Source of the DNA: a virus
Length of the DNA: 64,000 nucleotides
Direction: 5' to 3' (one strand)
Virus record (IMG/VR): IMGVR_UViG_3300029309_000014
Location: 5,323-69,322 of that record
Shown here: piece by piece, positions 1 through 8,761 of the stretch
Layout of the letters: every line of letters begins with the position of its first letter
Position numbering within the stretch: position 1 is the stretch's first letter
Notes under the pieces: generated by a model
Seen by the model: only the letters and a program-made list of their open reading frames with translations
What the model was told of the DNA's origin: nothing
Databases searched by the model: none
Position numbers and translations under genes: made by a program

Positions 1-136
1 CAAATAACAGATTCATAGAACGTTTAGCCGTTTTTAAATCATAACCTGTTCTAACCTCTAAGCCACAACGCTCAAAAGCTTCCTCAATGTAATCACTTAC
101 ATCAAGTTCAAAATCTGTGGACTCAGAGGTAGCCAT
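1..136 (-). CDS. Head-tail connector/adaptor-like virion protein, N-terminal part (runs off window); homolog of 58429..59097
   Basis: Manual translation MATSESTDFELDVSDYIEEAFERCGLEVRTGYDLKTAKRSMNLLF matches MAVSGSVNFELDVAEYVEEAFERCGLEVRTGYDLTTARRSLNLML at 59097; ATG overlaps the TAA of the upstream gene. Confidence 0.8.
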   Translation of the reverse strand, partial: MATSESTDFELDVSDYIEEAFERCGLEVRTGYDLKTAKRSMNLLF

Positions 137-402
137 TAGCTATACGGACCTTTGATAACTTTTGGGTTATTTCTGTTGACCATACCACCTTTTGACATTT
201 TCATTGGCTTTTTGACCATACCGCCTTTAGCCATTTTTTTCATGTCTTTTTTGACCATACCGCCTTTAGCCATCTTCATTTTTTTGACCATACCGCCTTT
301 AGCCATCTTGGTCTTTTTGACCATACCGCCTTTAGCCATTTTTCTTGGCTTTTTTACCATGCCGCCTTTTGCGTACATTTTCTTTTTCATCTTTTTCGCC
401 AT
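136..402 (-). CDS. Lys/Met-rich MAKGG-repeat basic protein (copy 1)
   Basis: Six (M/Y)(A/S)KGGMV units; start placed at ATG 402 (MAKKMKKK); counterpart at 59779..60075. Confidence 0.75.
   Translation of the reverse strand: MAKKMKKKMYAKGGMVKKPRKMAKGGMVKKTKMAKGGMVKKMKMAKGGMVKKDMKKMAKGGMVKKPMKMSKGGMVNRNNPKVIKGPYS
176..375. repeat. Coding tandem repeat (ttgaccataccgcctttagccat-like units)
   Basis: Imperfect ~33-39 bp units encoding the MAKGGMVKK repeat. Confidence 0.85.
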
Positions 403-1084
403 TTTCTTCATCCTCTTCTGCGTAAAGATTATCAAAGATCCGATTTACATCCATTGTATAGTCTAAATCAGATTTTGAATAGTGAATGTGTTGTGAAGGT
501 TTAAACTTAGGAGCACCCTCACCTGTTACATACCAAGCAGGATGTGTAACCCTCACACGATTATTAGGCAAAGCCACAATATTTCCTGTCCACTTACCAG
601 CATCTAATAACTCTAACACATGGCTTTGTTTGTGCTGAGCTGGATCATCTGCTACCTCACTATCTGTATAATCAACAGTGAAAAAATATTTAGCTGGATA
701 AAATTCACCTTCTATCTTAGCAAGCCACGGACAGGGTTGGGCTCTGTTTAAACTGTATACAGAGTGTGTGTGAGACATACAATCCCAAGGCTGTGCTTGG
801 TATACATCCATCGGTTCAGGCCAGCCCTCAAATGCTGTATCACCGACTAAAGCTGTTATTGGCATCCTTGCCCACATAGCACCACCATGAACGTTTTCTT
901 CACCAGTTATATCACTTTCACAACCTGTAAATAAAACTTGGAAACTCAAGCATCTATTTGGCATAGTCGTTACGGCTATTGCCATTGCATGAAGGAACTC
1001 TCCATGGAAGTCTTCGTGATTGCAAGTATACTCTCTCCTCACCCAACATTTGAAGTAAGGGACGTTACTTGTTAAAAAACTCAT
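332..1084 (-). CDS. Conserved phage protein of unknown function (copy 1; HGGAMWARMPI / WDCMSH / ALPNNRVR motifs)
   Basis: 250 aa ORF with a close homolog at 59097..59774. Confidence 0.8.
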   Translation of the reverse strand: MSFLTSNVPYFKCWVRREYTCNHEDFHGEFLHAMAIAVTTMPNRCLSFQVLFTGCESDITGEENVHGGAMWARMPITALVGDTAFEGWPEPMDVYQAQPWDCMSHTHSVYSLNRAQPCPWLAKIEGEFYPAKYFFTVDYTDSEVADDPAQHKQSHVLELLDAGKWTGNIVALPNNRVRVTHPAWYVTGEGAPKFKPSQHIHYSKSDLDYTMDVNRIFDNLYAEEDEENGEKDEKENVRKRRHGKKAKKNG

Positions 1085-1353
1085 GTTTTCTTCTTAGCCT
1101 CCTTTTTGGGCTTTTTACCTTTGCCAAAAATATGTGCATCTACCTTGGCTGCTTTGCCACCAGTTAAAACACTATTCACTCTAGCCATTGCCCATTGGCT
1201 AGGTGTTGTTCCAGGACGATGTCCTGTTCTATACGCTGCCAACCCCTTATTATAAACCCTACCGAGTTGTCCAGCGGTAACTTTTTTACCTTTTTTCCGT
1301 GCCGCTTCAGCTTTTTTTGCGAGTGACTTTTTTGTTGCTGCGCTCAGTGCCAT
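1081..1353 (-). CDS. Small basic protein (VYNKGLAAY..GHRPG..QWAMARVNS motif)
   Basis: In-frame ATG at 1353 (MALSAATKK); K/R-rich. Confidence 0.65.
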   Translation of the reverse strand: MALSAATKKSLAKKAEAARKKGKKVTAGQLGRVYNKGLAAYRTGHRPGTTPSQWAMARVNSVLTGGKAAKVDAHIFGKGKKPKKEAKKKT

Positions 1354-1639
1354 TTTTTCCCCTTTCTTTACGGATACTATCTTTACCTTGCCTAAATATT
1401 TGAGCCACTTTTTGTTTGCCCATAACCTTGGCTCTTTGCTCACCAACAGTTAAAATCTGTATTTTTCTAGCAAAAGGTTTATTAACTTTTTTAACTTTTG
1501 CCACAGTAGCTCTTGCATCCGCTGGTGTAGCAAATTTTATCCCTACCGTATCCTTTGGATTTTCATCCGTATAAAGCCTTCTACCAGAACCTTTAGGTTT
1601 TTTTCCTGTTCCTTTTTTTGGATCCTGCTTTTTTACCAT
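1307..1639 (-). CDS. Small basic protein (GRRLYTDENPKDTV motif)
   Basis: 110 aa K-rich ORF in the gene run. Confidence 0.7.
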   Translation of the reverse strand: MVKKQDPKKGTGKKPKGSGRRLYTDENPKDTVGIKFATPADARATVAKVKKVNKPFARKIQILTVGEQRAKVMGKQKVAQIFRQGKDSIRKERGKNGTERSNKKVTRKKS

Positions 1640-1754
1640 ACTCTGTAAACTTTTTATTTTTGAGGAGTGTGCTTAGAGACTTAGCTTGTTTAGAATGTAA
1701 TTTAGAGGCTTTTTTTAAACCTTTAACTACTTTTTTTACTCTTTTTTCGTGCAT
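1593..1754 (-). CDS. Small basic protein (KKVVKGLKKASKLH), missing from the ORF track
   Basis: Manual translation, 53 aa; homolog at 60464..60592. Confidence 0.7.
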   Translation of the reverse strand: MHEKRVKKVVKGLKKASKLHSKQAKSLSTLLKNKKFTEYGKKAGSKKRNRKKT

Positions 1755-1872
1755 TTTTTTGACCTCTAGATTTATTTTTAGCAGCAGTAATTATATCCGC
1801 ACGAGTAATTTTGTTTCGGGGCGGTGCAAAAGCCGCTAACTTTTTTTGCTTTGCAGATAATTTTTTTGCCAT
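1723..1872 (-). CDS. Small basic protein (KLSAKQKKLAAFAPPRNKITRAD), missing from the ORF track
   Basis: Manual translation, 49 aa; fills the gap between coupled genes. Confidence 0.65.
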   Translation of the reverse strand: MAKKLSAKQKKLAAFAPPRNKITRADIITAAKNKSRGQKNARKKSKKSS

Positions 1873-1874
1873 AA

Positions 1875-2159
1875 CTATTTCTTTTTACCCCCAAACATTT
1901 TGCGAAATTTTTTGGTATGCACAGATTCTTTTGTTTTCCTTCTAGCTCCTGACTTATTAGTATCACTTGGGAAAACATAAGCTGAAGGATCCTTTGCTGA
2001 TTTACGAGCATTACGTTGTATTTCTTTACGACGTTTAGCTTTATCCCCAGAACTTAAACCAGCTAAATATTTGGCTGGTATTTTACGTTTTTTATTTTTC
2101 TTACGGCTCGCAGGGGCTTTTTTAATCTGTTTTGCCATATTACCACGAGTCATTGCCAT
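1875..2159 (-). CDS. Small basic protein (IPAKYLAGLS..TKESVHTKKFRKMFG)
   Basis: In-frame ATG at 2159; K/R-rich. Confidence 0.65.
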   Translation of the reverse strand: MAMTRGNMAKQIKKAPASRKKNKKRKIPAKYLAGLSSGDKAKRRKEIQRNARKSAKDPSAYVFPSDTNKSGARRKTKESVHTKKFRKMFGGKKK

Positions 2160-2163
2160 TATA

Positions 2164-2448
2164 TCACCAAGCCTTACAAGACCAATACCGCGCACTAAAT
2201 TTATCTTTAGCACTGGCACAATTATGTCTAGCCCTAAAAGATTTACGTCTTGCTGGTTGGTCTTTTTTAATACTCATATTAGGATCACCGAAACGCACCA
2301 ATTTAATCTGGCTACCTTTTTTAGCTAATACGGCAGATTTTTTCTTTGCTCCTGGAGTGCGTTTTGGTTTGTTATATCCAGGAAACGTCTCCCCCCGATA
2401 AGTTAACTTACCGGAAGGAGTGCGTTTTACATCTTTAGTGGTAGCCAT
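2164..2448 (-). CDS. Small basic protein (RFGDPNM..RRKSFRARHNC..YWSCKAW)
   Basis: 94 aa; RRKSF/Y and terminal Trp pattern also seen in 61071..61358. Confidence 0.75.
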   Translation of the reverse strand: MATTKDVKRTPSGKLTYRGETFPGYNKPKRTPGAKKKSAVLAKKGSQIKLVRFGDPNMSIKKDQPARRKSFRARHNCASAKDKFSARYWSCKAW

Positions 2449-2852
2449 TATGCGTATTCCTTACGGACTTGCAGTATAATGGTATAACTATCCGCAGAGC
2501 TATGGCCTACAGTTGTGAATAAAATGTCACCTGTTTTGCCACTGCCAGCATTATTAGTTATCCCACCAAAAGAGCTATAATCATGGTATCCGCTTTGGTT
2601 CTCACCTAGTTCAATCGCAATAACATTTGATGTAGCATCAAAAAGCATTTGGACTTTCATGCCGTTGCACTGCCACCATATTTTTTCTATAGAGCATCCT
2701 GTGCAAGTTTGTTTATTGCCACTAACCGATAAAGAGCTAACGTCTACTTTTGCTACAGCACTTTCGCCGGAACCATCGGAGATGTTTGTAAACTTTAATA
2801 CAGCAGTGCGCTCACCGTCTATCAAAGTTTGTGAAGTGACTGCATCAGCCAT
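2448..2852 (-). CDS. Conserved virion-associated beta-rich protein (copy 1)
   Basis: 134 aa; same-length homolog at 61370..61774. Confidence 0.75.
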   Translation of the reverse strand: MADAVTSQTLIDGERTAVLKFTNISDGSGESAVAKVDVSSLSVSGNKQTCTGCSIEKIWWQCNGMKVQMLFDATSNVIAIELGENQSGYHDYSSFGGITNNAGSGKTGDILFTTVGHSSADSYTIILQVRKEYA

Positions 2853-2864
2853 AACATTCTCCTA

Positions 2865-3485
2865 TTAGTAAACTGAGTATTCTAGCTCCACAGTAAATCT
2901 GCCAGCGGTGACATCGGCATTTACAGTTGTTGTAGCTCTAGCATACAAATGTACGTTTGCGACAGCCGCAGTAATGTTTGGCACAAAAATATGATAATTA
3001 CCTGCGGTGTCGTTAAAGTTCACATCAATCTCAGTAATAGATTGAGTTGCGCTCAACTGCTCGTTAAAAGAGGTAACACCAGCACCAACAATTTCAGTGC
3101 CTGAAACAGCAGCATTAGTAGCTGTCCCACTTGTAGAACTCAAAGCAAGGTTTCCAGCAAGAGTTTGACCAGCAGCAGTTGTAATGCCAATTAATGCACG
3201 ATGAATAAATATTTTGCTCGGTGTAACCAGATCATCAGGGGCATCTACATTTAAAGTGCCAAGCTCTACAAGACAATCACCATCTGCATAAGCTGTTGAA
3301 GCAGCGTTTGTTGCTGCTAGAGTACCAGCAAAAGACTGTATCTTGCGTGTCCCCATTGAAACAATCTGGCCTGTGGCATTAACAGAAAAACCTGTTTGCG
3401 TAACCGCACCAGTTGTGCTGCTTTCATTGATTACATTGAAACCGCCCTTTGAACGGACTGGTCCCGAAAAAGTGGTAGTAGCCAT
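2865..3485 (-). CDS. Putative capsid decoration/spike protein (MATTTFSGPVRS N-terminus)
   Basis: Directly downstream of MCP; N-terminus shared with 61801..62349; T/A/G-rich. Confidence 0.6.
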   Translation of the reverse strand: MATTTFSGPVRSKGGFNVINESSTTGAVTQTGFSVNATGQIVSMGTRKIQSFAGTLAATNAASTAYADGDCLVELGTLNVDAPDDLVTPSKIFIHRALIGITTAAGQTLAGNLALSSTSGTATNAAVSGTEIVGAGVTSFNEQLSATQSITEIDVNFNDTAGNYHIFVPNITAAVANVHLYARATTTVNADVTAGRFTVELEYSVY

Positions 3486-3490
3486 GTCGA

Positions 3491-3535
3491 TCTCCTGTCT
3501 TGGCTAATGTCAGTCACACTATGTAACTGTCAGGA
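3491..3535 (-). promoter_or_regulatory. Conserved structured 5' leader sequestering the RBS (copy 1)
   Basis: Minus strand TCCTG-A-CAGTTACA-TAG-TGTGACTG-ACATTAGCCAAGA-CAGGAG; same architecture at 62355..62399 with compensatory changes. Confidence 0.6.
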
Positions 3536-3542
3536 TGGAAAA

Positions 3543-3582
3543 ACTATAAACAAAAAAAGGGCGGCTCGCAAGCCGCCCTTTT
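3543..3582 (-). terminator. Intrinsic terminator after MCP with overlapping sigma70-like promoter
   Basis: GGGCGGCT-TGCG-AGCCGCCC followed by T7; TTGCGA-N17-TATAGT. Confidence 0.75.
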
Positions 3583-3594
3583 GAATATTTTATG

Positions 3595-4503
3595 TTACGC
3601 TCCCGGAGAGGCGAAAACGCAACGTGGGTCAGATACTCCAAAGCTATAACGCTCACGAGCTTTGTACCGCACGTTACCTGTATCAAAATCGCCTTCCATA
3701 GCAGTTTGCATCGGTGTACGAACAAAATGCTTGAAGCCGTTTGGTGCATCCGTTTTAATGAAAAATGCGTCCGTATCGGTTAAAAAGTGGTTGACCACAT
3801 AACCTTCAGGTAGCATACCCATATTACGGAGGGCGTTGATATCGTTGTCTGCTGTTGCAGTACGCAGATTCGAAGCCATCAACCGCTCTGCCACAAATTG
3901 CAATGCTGGTGGAATAATCATCTTCATACCGCGAAGTGCAATCTTAAGACCGCGCTCATCGATAAAAGCTGAAATATCAATCAGTGATTGCTCAAGTGAC
4001 GTTTCATTCAAGTCAGCCGCAGTTGTCAACTCATTACGGAAGTTGCCACCAGCAGTGGTTGGATGATCTGTTGCACACAATTCTTTACCATCACCAAGTG
4101 TAAAGCTAGAATCAAAAGCATTGTTCAGCACTGCTGCTGCTTTGACTTGCTTTGTATTAGCCATGGAACGAGCCAATGCACGAGTATAACGAGAGCTGAG
4201 CTTGTCGTAAAGGTTATCCTCAACGGCTTCTTCAGTGATCGAAAACGCAAGTGCGATTGTTTCATGTGTGTAACGAGCGGTAAATGCTTCATTAGCAATA
4301 TCAAATGATACCGCAGCACCTTCTTGTTTAATGGGTGCTGAGCCAAAGCCAGCGAGCATTACCTCTTCTTCGAACGCACGATCAGAGTTTTCTGAATCAA
4401 AAATTTCAGCATGCTCATTTTCGTAACGATCATACTCCATACCAAACAGAGCGTTTAGTCCAGGCTCTAGTTCTTTAAGGAGTTGGGATCTTGCAATAGC
4501 CAT
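3595..4503 (-). CDS. Major capsid protein (copy 1)
   Basis: MAIARSQLLKELEPGLNALFG..EGDFDTGNVRYKARERYSFG pattern typical of this marine phage MCP family; position after scaffold genes and before a strong terminator. Confidence 0.9.
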   Translation of the reverse strand: MAIARSQLLKELEPGLNALFGMEYDRYENEHAEIFDSENSDRAFEEEVMLAGFGSAPIKQEGAAVSFDIANEAFTARYTHETIALAFSITEEAVEDNLYDKLSSRYTRALARSMANTKQVKAAAVLNNAFDSSFTLGDGKELCATDHPTTAGGNFRNELTTAADLNETSLEQSLIDISAFIDERGLKIALRGMKMIIPPALQFVAERLMASNLRTATADNDINALRNMGMLPEGYVVNHFLTDTDAFFIKTDAPNGFKHFVRTPMQTAMEGDFDTGNVRYKARERYSFGVSDPRCVFASPGA

Positions 4504-4516
4504 ATCTAATTACTCC

Positions 4517-5140
4517 TTATAGACCAGTGGTTGCAGTATGGAATGGGAGGTTCAATTTAACAAGAAGTGTAACACCAGCAGATGCTACATCAATCTCATC
4601 AAATGGATCTTTAATTCCCACAATACGGAAGTTATCCGTAGCCGTAGTTGCACCAGCAGTTGCCACAGAAACTTCACCGATAGAAATACCAGTTGAACCG
4701 TTCTGTGAACCAAAGTTTACCCCTTCTGCATTAGAATGGATCAACGCAGTCGCTGTTGCAATATTAGTGAGTGAAGCATCAGCTTTGACCTCATAAACTT
4801 GGTGGGGGTTATCATAAACAAAAACCCTCGCTTCGCTATTTGATTTCAAAGAAGATGTTCCAGGATAGTTATTATCAAACACTGTTTCACCAGCAGTGTT
4901 TACATACTGACATCCTGCCATAACACCTAGGATAGCAACACTACCACCATCTGCCGCACTTACATCTACAAGTCCATTAGTAAGCGGGATCACCATATCA
5001 CCTTGAAAAATAGATGATGAAGAACCAGCCGTTCCATTTACTTGCACGAGATAAGACGTCAAACCGTTGGAGTTCGCTGCGCCACCTAGAAGATTATGCG
5101 GACGCAAGCCAAATGGGGCATCAAGATTTGTACCAGCCAT
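4517..5140 (-). CDS. Minor capsid/cement-like protein upstream of MCP (copy 1)
   Basis: FGLRP N-terminal motif; syntenic with 63399..64000. Confidence 0.6.
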   Translation of the reverse strand: MAGTNLDAPFGLRPHNLLGGAANSNGLTSYLVQVNGTAGSSSSIFQGDMVIPLTNGLVDVSAADGGSVAILGVMAGCQYVNTAGETVFDNNYPGTSSLKSNSEARVFVYDNPHQVYEVKADASLTNIATATALIHSNAEGVNFGSQNGSTGISIGEVSVATAGATTATDNFRIVGIKDPFDEIDVASAGVTLLVKLNLPFHTATTGL

Positions 5141-5158
5141 TATCTAGTCCTCTTCTTA

Positions 5159-5611
5159 TTACTCGGAGCCTCCTTTGGCTCCGAAGGTTACACGAGACTG
5201 CCTTTCATTATGAATAGGCATCGAACTATGTTGTTCCCTCATAAGGTCATTATCAACAGCAGTCATTTGATCAGCTGTTTTTTCACGATAAAATTTATCA
5301 CGCTCGGTTTTTGACTCAACAGGGAACCTTGCTAAAATGAGACCACCAACTCCAATAACTCCTGCGTGTTTACCATCTTGCACAGTAGGAGCTTCAAAAT
5401 TAGGATACTCATCGGCGCGAACTAATTCAAAGCCTTCGCGTAGGCGAGCTGAAAGGTTTTTATTATCATCATAACCCATAACCGATTCACGGATCCAACG
5501 ATGTATGTAACCCTCAGGGGGTGGTGGGGCGTCTAACGAAGACGGAGGTTGCCAAGGTTTACGACGTGTTTCTTTTTCACGAGTGGCAGTAGTGCGTGGG
5601 GTACGATCCAT
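5159..5611 (-). CDS. Conserved head-module protein (WQPPSSLDAPPPPEGYIHRWIR)
   Basis: 150 aa ORF between scaffold and capsid genes. Confidence 0.7.
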   Translation of the reverse strand: MDRTPRTTATREKETRRKPWQPPSSLDAPPPPEGYIHRWIRESVMGYDDNKNLSARLREGFELVRADEYPNFEAPTVQDGKHAGVIGVGGLILARFPVESKTERDKFYREKTADQMTAVDNDLMREQHSSMPIHNERQSRVTFGAKGGSE

Positions 5612-5622
5612 GATCTATTCCT

Positions 5623-6528
5623 TCACGATTGTAAGCGAGCAAGTTGCTTCGCGTATTGTTCATAAGATACACCTAATTTATCTGCGATTGCAACCTGAGA
5701 AGGTGTTAATTTGATTTTTTTATTTGCAGGCTTCCCTGAAGAGCGTGTTGCACCAGCTACAGGAGCACGAGAGGAAGACCTATTATCTTGTTGAAATTTA
5801 TGAGGAAACTCAGTTCGAATACGCTTATCCAACTCAGTGTAGTATTCATCTGAAGTAGGATCAAAATATTCAGTTTCAACAAGTTGTTTATGTATAGAAA
5901 ATGCTGTCAACGTCATAGGCTCATCCTGACCAAACCAAGTATTGCGTTCAGCCCATGACCGTGCTTTAGGGTCAATCTGATCGGGTGAGGGTGCTTGTGC
6001 CTGTGCTTGTTGAGGAGCTGCTTGAGGAGCTGTTTTACGTTGCTCAAGCTGTTGTTTCGCAACATTTAGTCGTTCCGTCTCAATAGCTAGTTTTGCTATT
6101 GATTTTTGTGCTTCTATTTGTGCATCAACATCACCAACATTGATAGCGTCACTTAGTTGCTTTTTAAGCACATCTTCCTGTGATGTTACCCTTTGATCGT
6201 ACTCATTTATGTACGATTCATCAATTTGAGAACTGCGTTTCTGAAGCTCTTCATTTTGCTTTTGAACAGATTGAGCATACTCAGTAGCTGCTTTTTCACG
6301 ACGCTCAGCTTCCCGCATTTTGTAGGTGAGCTTTTCAATTCGCTTTTTGACTTTGTCGCTGTAACCTTCAAGGTCTTCGTCTGAGGTTTCTTCGCTTGCA
6401 CTGACTTTTTCTGTGCTTTCTTCTTCGGCAGTTTCTTTGTTGTCTTCTTGGTTTTCTTCTGTGTCATTTTCCAATTCCACTTCTACAACGTCTTCTTCGA
6501 CTTTTTTAGCCTCTGGCATAAGATACAC
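5623..6528 (-). CDS. Putative scaffolding protein
   Basis: Acidic N-terminus, long coiled coil, C-terminal LTPSQVAIADKLGV motif; lies upstream of MCP. Confidence 0.65.
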   Translation of the reverse strand: MYLMPEAKKVEEDVVEVELENDTEENQEDNKETAEEESTEKVSASEETSDEDLEGYSDKVKKRIEKLTYKMREAERREKAATEYAQSVQKQNEELQKRSSQIDESYINEYDQRVTSQEDVLKKQLSDAINVGDVDAQIEAQKSIAKLAIETERLNVAKQQLEQRKTAPQAAPQQAQAQAPSPDQIDPKARSWAERNTWFGQDEPMTLTAFSIHKQLVETEYFDPTSDEYYTELDKRIRTEFPHKFQQDNRSSSRAPVAGATRSSGKPANKKIKLTPSQVAIADKLGVSYEQYAKQLARLQS

Positions 6529-6530
6529 TC

Positions 6531-6977
6531 CTATGTGTGGATAATGTCTTCAGGGTTATTGATTGTTGCTAAAATTTCATCATCATTCAGCAATCTAACT
6601 TCACCGCCTTCGATTTTAAAGCGACTACCAGCATACCTACCAAAAATAACCCAATCACCTTCTTTACACCAAGGCTCCCAGTTTTCAGTAGGATCATTAG
6701 GGTTTCCAAATTTAATGGGGTCTTTATAGGCTAGTGGACCAATTTTGACTACATAACCACAAACAGTGGCTAATGCCTCACGGTCTACTGTAGTATCTGG
6801 TATATAAATACCTCCTGCTGTTTTACCTTTGCCACGATAAGGCAAAATAAGAATACGCCAACCAGAGGGTTCTGGAAGTTTTTCTTTAGCAGTTATATTA
6901 TCAGGAGAAGTTTCTTTTTTAGCAGTTTGTTGTGCGGCCTTTGCATACCGCTCTGGAACAAATAGAGTTTTACTCAT
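6531..6977 (-). CDS. groES: Co-chaperonin GroES-like protein
   Basis: PSGWRILILP..KTAGGIYIP..VVKIGP..GDWVIFGRYAG..LLNDDEILATI, Cpn10 signature. Confidence 0.85.
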   Translation of the reverse strand: MSKTLFVPERYAKAAQQTAKKETSPDNITAKEKLPEPSGWRILILPYRGKGKTAGGIYIPDTTVDREALATVCGYVVKIGPLAYKDPIKFGNPNDPTENWEPWCKEGDWVIFGRYAGSRFKIEGGEVRLLNDDEILATINNPEDIIHT

Positions 6978-7161
6978 GTTCTATCCTTTTTAGCAGGAGA
7001 TCTAATTCCTGTTTAACAGTTGCAAGCTCTACGAGTCTAGCTCGTAGTTCCTTGAAAGCGGTTATATCATCTACTGAGCCTTGCAATAATTGCTCAGTAA
7101 TCATATTTTCCCGATCTACGATTATATTACGGAGTTTTTCGTGTATGTAAAGGGTAGACAT
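6970..7161 (-). CDS. Small helical hypothetical protein
   Basis: 63 aa, coupled to groES. Confidence 0.6.
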   Translation of the reverse strand: MSTLYIHEKLRNIIVDRENMITEQLLQGSVDDITAFKELRARLVELATVKQELDLLLKRIEHE

Positions 7162-7305
7162 CTATACTGCACGAACTTTTTTGCGTTTTTTAGCTGTTTT
7201 AGCAGCATTTCTAAAATCTGCCGCCGATGGTGCGCCTTTTTGTCCAGGCTTACGCATCTTTTTACCACTAGCTCTACGCTTTGCAATATTCCTGTATAAA
7301 CTCAT
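7162..7305 (-). CDS. Small basic protein (MSLYRNIAKRRASGKKMRKPGQKGAP), missing from the ORF track
   Basis: Manual translation, 47 aa; ATG overlaps the upstream stop. Confidence 0.65.
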   Translation of the reverse strand: MSLYRNIAKRRASGKKMRKPGQKGAPSAADFRNAAKTAKKRKKVRAV

Positions 7306-7679
7306 TTTTTAAATCCTTTAATACCACGGATTCCGAAACTAGCTCCAATTGAAGCATACATTGCCCATTGAAACCACTCAGGGGTGCGCGATAAAGCATC
7401 AAATCCACGCTCTACAAAAGGTTGCAAAGGTGGGATGAAACACATCCCAATAATAACAATAAATAAAATAGTCCATGCTTCATCTTTCCAGCTATTATCG
7501 CTGGCTTGAGCCATAATTTTTTCCCAACCAGCTTCATGCGTGGCGGCTGTAACCATAACTTGTGCTTCTGCTTCAGCACGAGCTTTAGCTACTGCACCTT
7601 TAGCTTTAGTCTGCTCAACCTTAGATTCCATCCAAGATCCTGCAAGGTTAGCAATAGGACCTATAAGTGCCTGTATCAT
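7302..7679 (-). CDS. Holin-like membrane protein
   Basis: SWKDEAWT motif followed by two hydrophobic helices and a basic C-terminus. Confidence 0.6.
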   Translation of the reverse strand: MIQALIGPIANLAGSWMESKVEQTKAKGAVAKARAEAEAQVMVTAATHEAGWEKIMAQASDNSWKDEAWTILFIVIIGMCFIPPLQPFVERGFDALSRTPEWFQWAMYASIGASFGIRGIKGFKK

Positions 7680-7897
7680 TCTACAATCCTCACAATATAA
7701 TTTGTGCCATCTGAATTCTTTGATACCTCAACAGTTTTATTTTCACAAGCATACCGCACAGAAGTTGATTTTTTATACAAGTTACGTTCAATAGTACGCT
7801 TTGCTTTTAGGCATTTAGCTATTTGCTCAAATGCTGTATGCTCAGCGACATCTCCTCCCATATATAATATCAGAGTAATTGTTTTAATTACTTCCAT
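7676..7897 (-). CDS. Hypothetical protein
   Basis: 73 aa, coupled to neighbours. Confidence 0.6.
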   Translation of the reverse strand: MEVIKTITLILYMGGDVAEHTAFEQIAKCLKAKRTIERNLYKKSTSVRYACENKTVEVSKNSDGTNYIVRIVE

Positions 7898-8282
7898 TAC
7901 GCATCTTTTCTATTTGTTCTTCTATATTAGTTAATCTTTTTTCATAAAAATCTAATGTTAATTTTTGTTGTTGATCATGTGGTGCGCGGCCTTCATCTAT
8001 TTGTTCTTGCAATTTAGCAAGTTGTTCCGACAAATGTTCAATCAGCATAAACTGTTCAGAGTCTGCTGGCAAAGCACCCATTTCTCCTCTAGGCCATTTA
8101 ATTCTAAAATCTGTATTTTGACCAAGATCTGCTTCCATTAGGATAATTTTATTTTCCATAGTATTAAGGCGTTCAATAATCCCAAAATACGCCCATGTTC
8201 CTATAGCCGCCCCTACAACCATAGCCATAAGGTTACGGATCGGCATTGATAATTCAGTATTCTCATTTAGTTTAGTTGCCAC
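7884..8282 (-). CDS. Membrane-anchored coiled-coil protein
   Basis: N-terminal TM segment followed by coiled coil. Confidence 0.65.
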   Translation of the reverse strand: MATKLNENTELSMPIRNLMAMVVGAAIGTWAYFGIIERLNTMENKIILMEADLGQNTDFRIKWPRGEMGALPADSEQFMLIEHLSEQLAKLQEQIDEGRAPHDQQQKLTLDFYEKRLTNIEEQIEKMRNGSN

Positions 8283-8521
8283 TACTCAACACCCATTATC
8301 CGTGACAGACCAAACACCTCCATAAGCATAAACGTAAAGAACAATAATAAAATACCACCAGCGATTAATTTCCCACTGAAATTGGTAGAACCTATTTTTA
8401 TAGCCACAAACTCATTGCCCAATATTCGCAAAACAAGCTCAAAACTATTTTCCCCTACGTTTACAGATACAGGTTTTTTCTTTTCTTCAACCAAAGAGAT
8501 AACCCCCCATAAAAGATACAA
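8282..8521 (-). CDS. Small membrane protein
   Basis: C-terminal TM helix; start uncertain. Confidence 0.55.
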   Translation of the reverse strand: MYLLWGVISLVEEKKKPVSVNVGENSFELVLRILGNEFVAIKIGSTNFSGKLIAGGILLLFFTFMLMEVFGLSRIMGVE

Positions 8522-8548
8522 ACCATATAATCGGTAAAATATGAATCA

Positions 8549-8761
8549 TTAATAAAGCTCCGTATTTTTATTCACCTTAACAGGCTTACAATACGCAGTA
8601 GCTCGGTGTTCTGCTGGAACAGAACTAAGACTACCATAATTTCCATACCTCTTTGTTACTTGCGATGCAAAGTAATTACAATCAACTATAGATCTGAAGT
8701 ACATATCTCTGCTCTGAACTTCACCGCCTAATACCACTACCAGTAAAAAAGCATGGATCAT
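8549..8761 (-). CDS. Small Cys-containing protein with hydrophobic N-terminus
   Basis: 70 aa, two Cys. Confidence 0.55.
   Translation of the reverse strand: MIHAFLLVVVLGGEVQSRDMYFRSIVDCNYFASQVTKRYGNYGSLSSVPAEHRATAYCKPVKVNKNTELY

Noticed and set aside
176-375. Regularly spaced ~24-bp repeats resembling a mini CRISPR array (also 59783-59995)
   Set aside because: Spacers are only ~10-15 bp, in frame, and encode the MAKGG protein repeat; no cas genes.
152-466. Plus-strand hydrophobic repeat ORF (FLTIPPLAI)n
   Set aside because: Antisense shadow of the Lys-rich repeat gene.
1-5140. Direct terminal repeat or circular overlap with 58960-64000
   Set aside because: The copies are too divergent and differ in gene order and content.
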